Assembly: GCA_025999275.1 (NCBI GenBank)
Contig: AP024680.1
Coordinates: forward strand, 684,522 to 748,521
DNA: 64,000 nt
Reading direction: 5' to 3'
Origin: Patescibacteria group bacterium
GTDB taxonomy: Bacteria > Patescibacteriota > Microgenomatia > UBA8517
The position numbers and the translations under genes are program-made. This document shows, in pieces, positions 47,192 to 56,414 of this stretch. Within the stretch, counting starts at the first letter, position 1. Each line of letters starts with the position of its first letter. A model generated the notes under the pieces. It was given only the letters and a program-made list of their open reading frames with translations, ran no database searches and was not told the DNA's origin.

Positions 47192-47854
47192 CTACCACAC
47201 CGTTATCTTATCCTTTATTTTTTCGTAAGTTGATTGGGGTATAACCTTCTTGGATACTAATTCTTCCAAATTTGAGTAAGGCCTTTGTTCAATAATCTTT
47301 TGGGCGTAAACTTGGCCAATTCCTGGCAAAGAATCAAGCTCTTTGGCACTTGCAGTGTTAATATTTATCAAACCCCCATTTTTATCACCCAAAACGCTTG
47401 ATATATTTTGATACCCTCCATTTTTATTAGCACTCAGGCTATTTGATTGCTTATCTGGAATAAAAATCTTTTGTCCATCAGTTAATTTTGCCGCCCGATT
47501 TAGCATCTTCTCCACCCAATCTCTGTCAGCATCAGCTGAAAGACCACCAGCTAAAATCAGCGCGTCTTCAACCCTTGCTCCAGTTTCCAACTTATAAACA
47601 CCAGGCTTCTCAACCGCACCAGCAACCTCAACCACCAATTCTTTTTGTTTTTGTTCAACAGGGCTTTCTAAAACTTCAACCTTTGAACTTGAATAGCCTC
47701 TTGTTCCTAAAAAGAAAGCGCCAATGCCAGCAAAAATAAGCCCAAGAAGAACAAAAATAATCAAAGATCGATTGCTATTAAAAAATTTATCTAAATCAAA
47801 GCCTCTACCCTCTTTTTCATTGCCAAAATCAATAATCTCAAGGCTTTCAGGCAT
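47192..47854 (-). CDS. comEA: ComEA-like DNA-binding competence protein (SLBB + helix-hairpin-helix)
   Basis: ININTASAKELDSLPGIGQVYAQKIIEQRPYSNLEEL (HhH motif) at the C-terminus. N-terminal TM. Confidence 0.75.
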   Translation of the reverse strand: MPESLEIIDFGNEKEGRGFDLDKFFNSNRSLIIFVLLGLIFAGIGAFFLGTRGYSSSKVEVLESPVEQKQKELVVEVAGAVEKPGVYKLETGARVEDALILAGGLSADADRDWVEKMLNRAAKLTDGQKIFIPDKQSNSLSANKNGGYQNISSVLGDKNGGLININTASAKELDSLPGIGQVYAQKIIEQRPYSNLEELVSKKVIPQSTYEKIKDKITVW

Positions 47855-47923
47855 TAAAAAAATAATATCAAGAAGAAATTAAAAACTCAAAAAAGATTTT
47901 GTTCCAAAAGAAAACTAGAAAAC

Positions 47924-50473
47924 TCAAATAGTAACAAAGTTCAAAAGCTTGGCAGGAACAAATATCGTCTTCTTAATTTTGCCACTGCCAAGCCATTTGG
48001 AGATTTTCTCGTCTGATTTTGCCATCTCAACTACTTTGTCTTCATCTTTCGCCTGCTCAAAAGGAAGTTCAACGATACCTCTTAACTTTCCATTAACCTG
48101 AACAGGAATTTTAACGGTCTCTTCAACCACCAAAGCTGGGTTATATTTTGGCCAAGGTTCAAAATGAACACTCTTGAATTCTTCTCCCTTTGCAAATCTC
48201 ATCTGCCAAACCTCCTCTGCCAAGTGAGGTGCAAAAGGAGCAAGCATCAAAACCAGATTCTTTATCGCCTCATCCCAAACCTTATCATCCCCACCTTTAA
48301 AGGAGGCTCCCTTAAAGTTCTCAAGAGAGTTAACAAAAATCATAATCTGAGCTATAGCAGTATTGTATCTAAAAGACTCTATATCCTCAGTTACTTTCTT
48401 TATAGTCTGATTCATTTTAATCTTAATCTCCCTAGCCTCTTTTTCTCCCAATTCAACACTACCACTCTCAAACAGCTTCCAAAGTCTCTCAACAAATCTT
48501 CTCATGCCCTCAATTCCCTCGTCACGAAAATCAGGATATCCATCCATCGGCCCCATAAACATCAAGTAAAGTCTCAGTGTATCAGCGCCATATTTTTCAA
48601 TGTAACTGTCGGGGTTAACCACATTGCCACGAGACTTGCTCATTTTTGCCCCATCTTTAATCATCAATCCATGAGCAAAAAAGCGAGGAAAGGGCTCGTC
48701 AAAAGAGACCAAGCCCAAATCATAAAGAACCATAGTAATAAACCTTGCATACATCAAATGCAAAACTGAATGCTCCGCCCCACCAAAATAAAGATCAACA
48801 GGAAGCCATTTTTCAGTAATCTCAGGATCAAACGGCTTGTCATCTATTCCAACTGAAGGATAACGCAGGAAGTACCAAGAACTATCCAAAAAGGTATCAG
48901 AAACATCAGTTTCGCGAATAGCATCACCACCACAATGGGGACACTTTGTCTTGTAAAACTCCGGATGGTTTGCCAAAGGCCCCTTGCCAGATCCTTCAGG
49001 TTTCCAATCAGAAAGTTCAGGAAGAAGAACAGGTAGATCCTTCTCGTCAACAGGCCACCAGCCAGCTGGATCCCAATCAGACTGATCTTTTCTGATAACT
49101 TTTGCATCACCTTTAAAGATTGAATCTTTAAAGTAGGAGAGGCCTTTTTCGGCACAAGACTGACAATAAACCAAAGGAATTGGAGGCCCCCAATAGCGCT
49201 GACGCGAAATCAGCCAATCACGAAGGTGATAATTAACTTCCCTTTTCCCCCAACCATTCTTTTCCAAATCAGACAAAATAAACTCTATGTCATCAGGATA
49301 TTTCTTGCCATTCCAATTGCCAGAATTAATAATCTCCCCCTCCCCGTCATAAGCTGACTTTGAATAATCGTTATTTGAAGAAATAACAGGAACAATCTGT
49401 AAATGGTATTTACTGGCAAACTCCCAATCTCTTTGATCATGTGCCGGCACACCCATTACCACCCCTGTTCCATAATCATCTAAAACATAATCAGCTACAA
49501 AAACAGGTAAAGAAGCCCCACTTGCCGGATTTTTAGCCAGAAGACCAAGGAAAACACCTGTTTTGTCTTTTCCCTCTTCCCCCCGCTTTTTTTCAGCCTC
49601 AGAAATATAATTCTTAACCTCATCAAGCCTTTGTGAGTCCACAAATTCCAACAAATTTTTCTTAACAAAAGATGGAGAAACAACTATAAAAGTAGTTCCA
49701 TATAAAGTATCAGGCCGAGTTGTAAAAACTTCAAGCTCAAAATTATGATTTTCAAGGGCAAATTTTATTCTTGCTCCCTCTTTTTTGCCAATCCAGTTTC
49801 TCTGGGCAACTATAACCCTCTCACTCCAGTCTATCTTTTTATGACCTTCAAGTAAGCGGTCTGCATAATCTGTAATCCTAAAAAACCATTGCTTCAAACT
49901 TTTCTTCTCAACTTGGCTGTCACAACGCTCGCAAAGACCACCTATAACCTGTTCATCGGCAATTACAGTTTTACAGGAAGGACAAAAATTAACTTCGGCC
50001 TCTTTTTGATAAGCAAGTCCTGCCTTAAAAAGCTGCAAGAATAACCACTGGGTAAAGCGATAATAGTTGGGTTCAGAAACCGTAACCGTCTTTGTCCAAT
50101 CATAACCATGACCAAGTTTTTTGAGCTGAAATTCGTAGTGTTTAGTGGTTCTATCAAGCATCTTTTTGGGATGCTCACCAATCTTTAAAGCATAATTCTC
50201 ACTATGAATTCCAAAAGAATCATAACCAATAGGCTGAAAAACATCCTTGCCATGCATTCTCATAAAACGGCCGTAGATATCAGAACCTGTTGAAGCAAAT
50301 GCATGACCTGCATGAAGACCCTCAGCTGAAGGATATGGATACATCCAAAGATTATAAAAAGGATTTTTGGCATTCTTGATGTCAGGACTGTAAATTTTTT
50401 CATCAAGCCACTTTTTCTGCCACTTTTGTTCTATCTTTTGGTGATCGTATTTCATAAGAGTAAATTTTACCAC
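47924..50473 (-). CDS. leuS: Leucine--tRNA ligase
   Basis: PYPSAEGLHAGHAFASTGSDIYGRF (HIGH-type), KMSKSRGN, CP1 editing domain. 849 aa. Confidence 0.95.
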   Translation of the reverse strand: MVKFTLMKYDHQKIEQKWQKKWLDEKIYSPDIKNAKNPFYNLWMYPYPSAEGLHAGHAFASTGSDIYGRFMRMHGKDVFQPIGYDSFGIHSENYALKIGEHPKKMLDRTTKHYEFQLKKLGHGYDWTKTVTVSEPNYYRFTQWLFLQLFKAGLAYQKEAEVNFCPSCKTVIADEQVIGGLCERCDSQVEKKSLKQWFFRITDYADRLLEGHKKIDWSERVIVAQRNWIGKKEGARIKFALENHNFELEVFTTRPDTLYGTTFIVVSPSFVKKNLLEFVDSQRLDEVKNYISEAEKKRGEEGKDKTGVFLGLLAKNPASGASLPVFVADYVLDDYGTGVVMGVPAHDQRDWEFASKYHLQIVPVISSNNDYSKSAYDGEGEIINSGNWNGKKYPDDIEFILSDLEKNGWGKREVNYHLRDWLISRQRYWGPPIPLVYCQSCAEKGLSYFKDSIFKGDAKVIRKDQSDWDPAGWWPVDEKDLPVLLPELSDWKPEGSGKGPLANHPEFYKTKCPHCGGDAIRETDVSDTFLDSSWYFLRYPSVGIDDKPFDPEITEKWLPVDLYFGGAEHSVLHLMYARFITMVLYDLGLVSFDEPFPRFFAHGLMIKDGAKMSKSRGNVVNPDSYIEKYGADTLRLYLMFMGPMDGYPDFRDEGIEGMRRFVERLWKLFESGSVELGEKEAREIKIKMNQTIKKVTEDIESFRYNTAIAQIMIFVNSLENFKGASFKGGDDKVWDEAIKNLVLMLAPFAPHLAEEVWQMRFAKGEEFKSVHFEPWPKYNPALVVEETVKIPVQVNGKLRGIVELPFEQAKDEDKVVEMAKSDEKISKWLGSGKIKKTIFVPAKLLNFVTI

Positions 50474-50507
50474 AACAAATACCTTAAAAAAACAACACCA
50501 AAACTAC

Positions 50508-50567
50508 TGACAAGGTCCGTCTCTGTCAATTTACCAACTCGATTTTTGACAAGGACGGACCTTGTCA
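50508..50567. repeat. REP doublet: tgacaaggtccgtctctgtca ...18 nt... tgacaaggacggaccttgtca
   Basis: Units at 50508-50528 and 50547-50567. The spacer atttaccaactcgatttt resembles the spacer of the 58117-58176 doublet. Confidence 0.7.
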
Positions 50568-50636
50568 GGTAAACACTTTCAGGTAAACACTTTAAACACT
50601 TTGCAGAAAAGAAGAAAAATGTTATAAACTAAGACA

Positions 50637-51359
50637 ATGTCCGAAAACACCGAAAGAAGAATAATTCAAACACTGCTTATACTCCTGGCTGTAAGTATTT
50701 CTTTTATCTTGGGTAAGGGCATACCCCAATTTACACTCCAAGTCATTGCCTTTCTTATTGCCTGCTATATAGCCTCCCATTTTCTCTCGCGCAAAATAAA
50801 GTTTATAAGAAACAACAAGACAATTATTGATTTTTTGCTTATCACCCTTGCTGTTTACACAATAATATTTTCAACCGGTGATCTCTTCTCACCGGCATTT
50901 TTCCTAATTCACTTTCTACTCTTTGGAGTTACTCTCCTTTTCGAGCCATTTTCAGCCTTACTACTTGCTACCATATCAACTGTTTTTTTCCTTCTTACCC
51001 CCCAAAAAGGCTTCTGGCTTGAAGCAATTCAACTTGGATCGATATTTTTAATTTCCCCTCTAGCCTTAATCTTTGGCAACCAATATTTAAAACTTCAGGA
51101 AAAAGAAACTGAAATAGAAATACTTAAAAAAGAAGAAAAGATTTTAGCCTCGGAAGTTGTCTCTCAAGAAAAAGCTGTTCGGGAATGGGCATTTGGAGAA
51201 TTTCGAAATCAACTTATTAAAATCTGGGAAAACTTGGAAAAAATCTCAAGAAGAGAAAACTTAACAAAAGGAAGTCAACAAAAATTAACTGAAATTTCAA
51301 ACCAACTTTCAAACTTGTTAAAAAGTGCGCAAACACTTGAGAGAAAGATATCAAAATAG
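50637..51359 (+). CDS. Hypothetical polytopic membrane protein with C-terminal coiled-coil-like tail
   Basis: 240 aa with 4-5 hydrophobic helices. Confidence 0.5.
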   Translation: MSENTERRIIQTLLILLAVSISFILGKGIPQFTLQVIAFLIACYIASHFLSRKIKFIRNNKTIIDFLLITLAVYTIIFSTGDLFSPAFFLIHFLLFGVTLLFEPFSALLLATISTVFFLLTPQKGFWLEAIQLGSIFLISPLALIFGNQYLKLQEKETEIEILKKEEKILASEVVSQEKAVREWAFGEFRNQLIKIWENLEKISRRENLTKGSQQKLTEISNQLSNLLKSAQTLERKISK

Positions 51360-51384
51360 TTCAATATATAAACTTCCGTAAAAT

Positions 51385-52146
51385 ATGGACAGAAAACTTT
51401 TAATTACCACATTCATATTTGCAACCATTGCTTCATTTATACTGCCAAAAAAAGTCTTCTCACAAGCCAAAGTAACATCACCAAACTATCAAATTCAACT
51501 TCCAGGATTCAACGCAGGTGCAGGAGTGCCTAAATCAACTAATTTCTGGACACGAGGCACCCTTGGTCAAACTGCTCCCGGCCTTTTTAGTTCGGCTAAT
51601 TATAGAGTTAGATCAGGCTTCCAATACATAAGCACAATAATTCCCTTTTCTTTCTCCATCTCAAATATATCTGTTAATTTTGGTGAATTAACACCAAATA
51701 CACCTGTAACAAGAACAGCAACTTTAACAGTAAAGGCAGGGGGTGCAGGCGGTTATACTGTCAAAGCGCAGGAAATGCATCCACTTCAGACTGTTGGAGG
51801 AGGTTCGACCATTAAAAATGTAACCTGCGATAGCGGAAGCTGTACCCGAACCTCTGCCGGACTTTGGACACTAAATTCAACCGATGGATTTGGATTTAAT
51901 ATGTCAGGAGATGATGTACCTGTTGATTTTATAAACTCAAACTATTTCAGACCTTTTGCTGACGCTTCTCTTGGCGAAGAACCGGCAATTATTATGGCTA
52001 AAAATCAAGTAACCTGGAATTATCCAAATAACACCTGGCCGTGGGAAAGCCAAGCTGTTATCACTTACAAAGTTAACATTCTAGGAACACAGGCAGCCGG
52101 AACTTATAACACGATCATTAAATTCACTGCAATACCATCACTCTAA
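51385..52146 (+). CDS. Secreted protein sharing a C-terminal domain with 53735-55285 (WxL-like, inference)
   Basis: Signal peptide. ...LTVKAGGAGGYTVKAQE...GLWTLNS...YNTIIKFTAIPSL aligns with LTVSTNAVSGYKVYIEE...YYNIVKYTAVPTF of the larger protein. Confidence 0.45.
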   Translation: MDRKLLITTFIFATIASFILPKKVFSQAKVTSPNYQIQLPGFNAGAGVPKSTNFWTRGTLGQTAPGLFSSANYRVRSGFQYISTIIPFSFSISNISVNFGELTPNTPVTRTATLTVKAGGAGGYTVKAQEMHPLQTVGGGSTIKNVTCDSGSCTRTSAGLWTLNSTDGFGFNMSGDDVPVDFINSNYFRPFADASLGEEPAIIMAKNQVTWNYPNNTWPWESQAVITYKVNILGTQAAGTYNTIIKFTAIPSL

Positions 52147-52167
52147 ATAAATAGGTAAAAGGCAAGA

Positions 52168-52711
52168 GATAAAGGGTAAAAGGCTATCAGCCATCAGCTA
52201 TCAGCCATCAGCCAAAGGACACCTTAAGGGTGTACTAGGTTGGCACCTAACTGATTAACTCAAAAGTCAAAAGGCAAAACTCAAAAGTACAATTCAAAAT
52301 TTAAAATTATTTAATTATGCAATTAAACCTTTGACTTTTAACTTGCAATTTTGACTTTTGAATTTTAATTTTTGAATTATTTTATTCTTAATTCTTAAAT
52401 CGTGAATCTTAATTCTTTTTTACCCTTACTACTTACTGCTTTCTACTTACTATTATCTTCCAGCTCTGACTAACTTAGACTAACTCCGACCAACCCCGCC
52501 GCAGGCGGGGCCAACTTTGACTAATCCCGCCGCAGGCGGGGACTAACTCCGACCAACTCCGACCATCATCTGACAAATGATAGCTGATGACTGGTAGCCG
52601 TTTCGTCAGGTGTCAACCTATTTTGAAAGAAGGTGCCAACCTAGTACACCCTTAAGGTGTCCTTTGGCTGATGGCTGATAGCTGATGGCTGATAGCCTTT
52701 TACCTTTTATA
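52168..52711. mobile_element. MITE-like non-coding element with ~80-bp terminal inverted repeats
   Basis: Left end ggctatcagccatcagctatcagccatcagccaaaggacaccttaagggtgtactaggttggcacc (52182-52247) is the exact reverse complement of 52632-52697. Inversion symmetry extends ~15 bp further (ggtaaaag / cttttacc). The interior has AT-rich long hairpins and cccgccgcaggcgggg GC-rich repeats. No ORF. Confidence 0.55.
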
Positions 52712-52734
52712 TATTTCTAGCTATACTTAAACCA

Positions 52735-53700
52735 ATGAAAAAGAAAATTGTTATCACAATCCTTTCATTATTATTAATCAACTTTTACACTAATACGGGC
52801 TTAGCTCAAAATGTATCCTTGTCTATCTCCCCTCCTATACTTGAGGCCGTTATTAAACCCGGCGAAGTGGTTGAACAAGCCTACACTCTACAAAATTCAG
52901 GCAATGAAACCACGGCCTCAATTCAAATCTATCAATTTGAACAAGCCGATGAATTTGGCAATGCAAAAATAGAAAGAAGTCTAGAAGAATACGATCCACT
53001 AAACTTAAAAGAATGGTTCAAAATAAAAGAGCCTCAAATTTCAATCGGAGACAAATTCACACTTGGTCAAGGTGAACAAAAAACTATCCGTCTTGTAATT
53101 AATCCACCGGATAATGCTCCCGATGGAGATTACTATTTCACCCTAATATTTAAAACCAGCTTGGAAAATTCTTTCATTAACACAAACACCAAAACTGCCC
53201 TATCACAAGCAGAAATTGGATCAAACATATTGATAACTATATCAAAAGAAGGCTTAGTAAACCGAAAGGCAAAAATCAAAGAATTCAAAGCACCAAAAGT
53301 TATTGATTCATTCAAACATTTAAATTATGAATTGCAAATTGCCAATATTGGCGAAGGTTTTTTCAAACCGTTTGGCAAAATTACCATCGAATCAATTCTA
53401 GGCAAAAAATATATTCTAAATATAGCTCCGCAAAACATCATTAGTGCTTCATCAAGAAAGATATCTTGTATTGAAAACGAAAGGCTTATTCCCTGTCAAA
53501 TCCCTGCCAAATTCTTAATCGGCCCATATAAAGCAACTCTTTCATTCCAGATAGAAGGAGATAAAAAAGATTATAAAGAAACAGTTACTAGTTTTGGAGT
53601 TCCTTTTGTAATCTTGTCAATAATAATTATTTCTGCTCTGGTTATTATCCTAATCTATCGGAAAAAACTATTGACAAACAGAAAGGATATGCTAGCCTAA
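52735..53700 (+). CDS. Secreted protein with C-terminal TM anchor and short basic tail (DUF916/DUF3324-like architecture, inference)
   Basis: Signal peptide, beta-rich body, C-terminus FGVPFVILSIIIISALVIILIYRKKLL. Confidence 0.45.
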   Translation: MKKKIVITILSLLLINFYTNTGLAQNVSLSISPPILEAVIKPGEVVEQAYTLQNSGNETTASIQIYQFEQADEFGNAKIERSLEEYDPLNLKEWFKIKEPQISIGDKFTLGQGEQKTIRLVINPPDNAPDGDYYFTLIFKTSLENSFINTNTKTALSQAEIGSNILITISKEGLVNRKAKIKEFKAPKVIDSFKHLNYELQIANIGEGFFKPFGKITIESILGKKYILNIAPQNIISASSRKISCIENERLIPCQIPAKFLIGPYKATLSFQIEGDKKDYKETVTSFGVPFVILSIIIISALVIILIYRKKLLTNRKDMLA

Positions 53701-53734
53701 AAATAGGGGTAATATAAATTACCATTAAGAAATT

Positions 53735-55285
53735 ATGAAAACTTCTTTAAAGTTTATTATTTTTGTTTTTGCTTTTTTTGTTTCAATTTTTGCTTTTGCT
53801 TTCTATCTTTTTAAACCAACAAAAGTCAAGTCTGCAAACTTTACCAATGTTACAGCCTCTCTTTCAAACTCCAGATTTTCATTCTACGCAGGATACTCTG
53901 CAGGCTCTATTGGCCAATCAAGAATTACAATTGACACCTCAGGAAATCCAGATAAAGACGTTGATAACCTTTTTGTAGGAGATTATATTTGTATTGCTCC
54001 AAGCAATTTTGTTGGATGTAGAGATAACACAACCTATGGTGTTGTAACAACAGAAGGGACGAATGGAGATGAATTTACCATTAGCCCCGCTCTTATCTCA
54101 ACACCAGATGCTAATGATCTAATAATTGCCACATCATCAGGAATCTTGACTGTCCAATTTACTCTTACCAACAATGTTCCAGATGGTGGGGATATATTAA
54201 TTACAATTCCAAGTGATGATGACACAACCTCCACCACCAGTACTGACGGTTTTCCTGATGCTGCAGCGACAACATCCGTTGGGGGATTTGATTTAAATGG
54301 CATCACTTCAACTCATGTCTCAACATCAACATCCTCCTCTGGATCTTGTAATAACTCCCATTGGTCGGCAACGGAAACAATAACACCAGGAAATGGCACC
54401 ACCGATCACACAATTAGAATCGACAGAAGCGGATCTGAATGTCAAGCAAACAATACCGTAATTACTGTTACCATTGGAACAACAAGCAAAGGTATAGTTG
54501 TTCCTCCTCCAACAACCAATGCCAGAACTCAAGGAGTAGCCGATATCTACTCTATCAACATCAAAACTCGCGACAACACCGATAACACAATTGACCAATC
54601 AAATGCCTTGGTTGCACCAGTTGAGGGAGTTTTTGTATCAGCCACTGTCCGCGAGACTCTTTCTTTCCAAGTGGCAGGAGACACTAGCGGAGCCTCAAGA
54701 TGCGGACAAACAACCGATGTTACCACCACCGCTACATCTGTTCCTTGGGGTGAGATATCAACCACAGGAACATTCTTCGAAGCAAGTCAAATACTAACAG
54801 TGTCTACTAATGCCGTCTCAGGTTACAAAGTATATATTGAAGAAAACGATCAAATGGGTAAGGATGGTAACACTTGTACTGGAACAGTGCCCTCATCAGG
54901 ACAATTTACTTTTGGTAGCGGAATTTGTATTAGAGACACGGTTTGTAATGCAACCACTTGCTCTGAATCAGTAGGTTACAATTGGACAAATGCTTCAACC
55001 TATCCTGGATTGGGCATTTCCCTCCAAAATCTAAGTGGAACAGATGCTGCATGGGTTTACAATTCAAACGATCCGTGTAGTACTACAGCAGGTACGGGCT
55101 CATTCTGTGCCAAGCAAATTGCAGATACGACAGAAGGAGGAGAAACAAGAAGCTATGTGATGACTAATTCTGGTCCTGTTGATTCAAGTCAGGTTTATCT
55201 TTGTTTCAGACTATCAATTCCTGGTACACAACCCGCAGGATTTTACTATAATATAGTTAAGTATACAGCTGTTCCAACATTCTAA
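53735..55285 (+). CDS. Large Thr/Ser-rich secreted protein with WxL-like C-terminal domain (inference)
   Basis: 516 aa. Signal/TM N-terminus. C-terminal ~220 aa homologous to 51385-52146. Confidence 0.45.
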   Translation: MKTSLKFIIFVFAFFVSIFAFAFYLFKPTKVKSANFTNVTASLSNSRFSFYAGYSAGSIGQSRITIDTSGNPDKDVDNLFVGDYICIAPSNFVGCRDNTTYGVVTTEGTNGDEFTISPALISTPDANDLIIATSSGILTVQFTLTNNVPDGGDILITIPSDDDTTSTTSTDGFPDAAATTSVGGFDLNGITSTHVSTSTSSSGSCNNSHWSATETITPGNGTTDHTIRIDRSGSECQANNTVITVTIGTTSKGIVVPPPTTNARTQGVADIYSINIKTRDNTDNTIDQSNALVAPVEGVFVSATVRETLSFQVAGDTSGASRCGQTTDVTTTATSVPWGEISTTGTFFEASQILTVSTNAVSGYKVYIEENDQMGKDGNTCTGTVPSSGQFTFGSGICIRDTVCNATTCSESVGYNWTNASTYPGLGISLQNLSGTDAAWVYNSNDPCSTTAGTGSFCAKQIADTTEGGETRSYVMTNSGPVDSSQVYLCFRLSIPGTQPAGFYYNIVKYTAVPTF

Positions 55286-55288
55286 TAA

Positions 55289-56308
55289 ATGAAAAAGTCT
55301 GCCAAAATAATTTCTATCATCGCAATTAGCCTTTTTGTTTCTTTGTCAGTCAAAGGCGCAGAGGCTCAAACCATCTTACCCCTAACCGTCTCCCCTGCCC
55401 GACAAACTATAAATATTGACCCAGGTACAACAGAAAAAACAACAATCAGCTTCTTTAATCAAGCAGACATACCTGTTGCTGGCAATCTAAAAGTGGTTGA
55501 TTTCATTGTTACTGACAACACCGGCACACCCTATCTTCTTGAAGGTGAAACTGCCATTCCAACTAAATACTCAGCTGCCAAATGGATTAGTATCCAAGCT
55601 GACAAAGCAATCATCCCTGCAAACGCATCATTTAAGGTACAATTGACAATCACCGCCCCCAAAGATGCAGCTGCCGGTGGAAGATATGCAGCAGTTTATT
55701 TTGAACCTACTGGAACTTTGCCAAACACCAGAGCCTTTATTAACCAAAAAGAAGGTCAACAATCAGTAACCTCAAGACTAGTAGGATTAATTAATATCAG
55801 AGTAAATGGACCAATAATTGAAGAGGCGGCAGTTAAATATCTTTCAGTTCCCAATTTTATTGAATACGGCCCAGTTGAAGTAAAAACAGAAATATACAAC
55901 AACGGAAGCTACCACATTACTCCAAAAGGTAAAATTACTCTCATCGACTGGCAAGGAAAAGTTGTTGATGAATACACACTTGAAGAAAGAAATATATTCC
56001 CGGAAAGATCAAGAATTTATGAAACAGAGCTCGGAAAAAGACTAATGATTGGAAAATACAAGGTTGAGCTTTTGGCAATGTATGGAGACTCAAATCAAAT
56101 ACTCTCAGCCAGCCAAGTTTTTTGGGCTTTCCCTTGGAGAATAACAGTAGCTATCGTATTAGCAGTTATTATAGCCATACTTCTTATCATCCTAATTACC
56201 AAGAAGATGCAAAAGAGGCAAAAAGAACTTGAGGAAAAGCTTGAAAAGGAAATCGATGAAATTGAAAAACTGAAGGAGAAATTCAAAGACTCCTCCTCTT
56301 CCAAATAA
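55289..56308 (+). CDS. Secreted protein with C-terminal TM anchor + charged coiled tail (paralogous architecture to 52735-53700)
   Basis: Signal peptide. ...WAFPWRITVAIVLAVIIAILLIILITKKMQKRQKELEEK. Confidence 0.45.
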   Translation: MKKSAKIISIIAISLFVSLSVKGAEAQTILPLTVSPARQTINIDPGTTEKTTISFFNQADIPVAGNLKVVDFIVTDNTGTPYLLEGETAIPTKYSAAKWISIQADKAIIPANASFKVQLTITAPKDAAAGGRYAAVYFEPTGTLPNTRAFINQKEGQQSVTSRLVGLINIRVNGPIIEEAAVKYLSVPNFIEYGPVEVKTEIYNNGSYHITPKGKITLIDWQGKVVDEYTLEERNIFPERSRIYETELGKRLMIGKYKVELLAMYGDSNQILSASQVFWAFPWRITVAIVLAVIIAILLIILITKKMQKRQKELEEKLEKEIDEIEKLKEKFKDSSSSK

Positions 56309-56318
56309 ATCCTTCTTC

Positions 56319-56406
56319 TGACAAGGTCCGTCCTTGTCAGTAAAATTAGCCTTGACAAAACTACTCGTTCTATCAATAATGAATTTGACAAAGACGGACC
56401 TTGTCA
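56319..56406. repeat. REP doublet immediately upstream of the RAYT gene
   Basis: tgacaaggtccgtccttgtca (56319-56339) and tgacaaagacggaccttgtca (56386-56406) in opposite orientation with a 46-nt spacer. Confidence 0.7.
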
Positions 56407-56414
56407 AAAAGGCT

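Noticed and set aside
50480-50640. Divergent leuS / membrane-protein intergenic region as a replication origin
   Set aside because: There is a strand switch here, but no dnaA gene, DnaA-box cluster or AT-rich unwinding element beyond the REP doublet, so there is no support.
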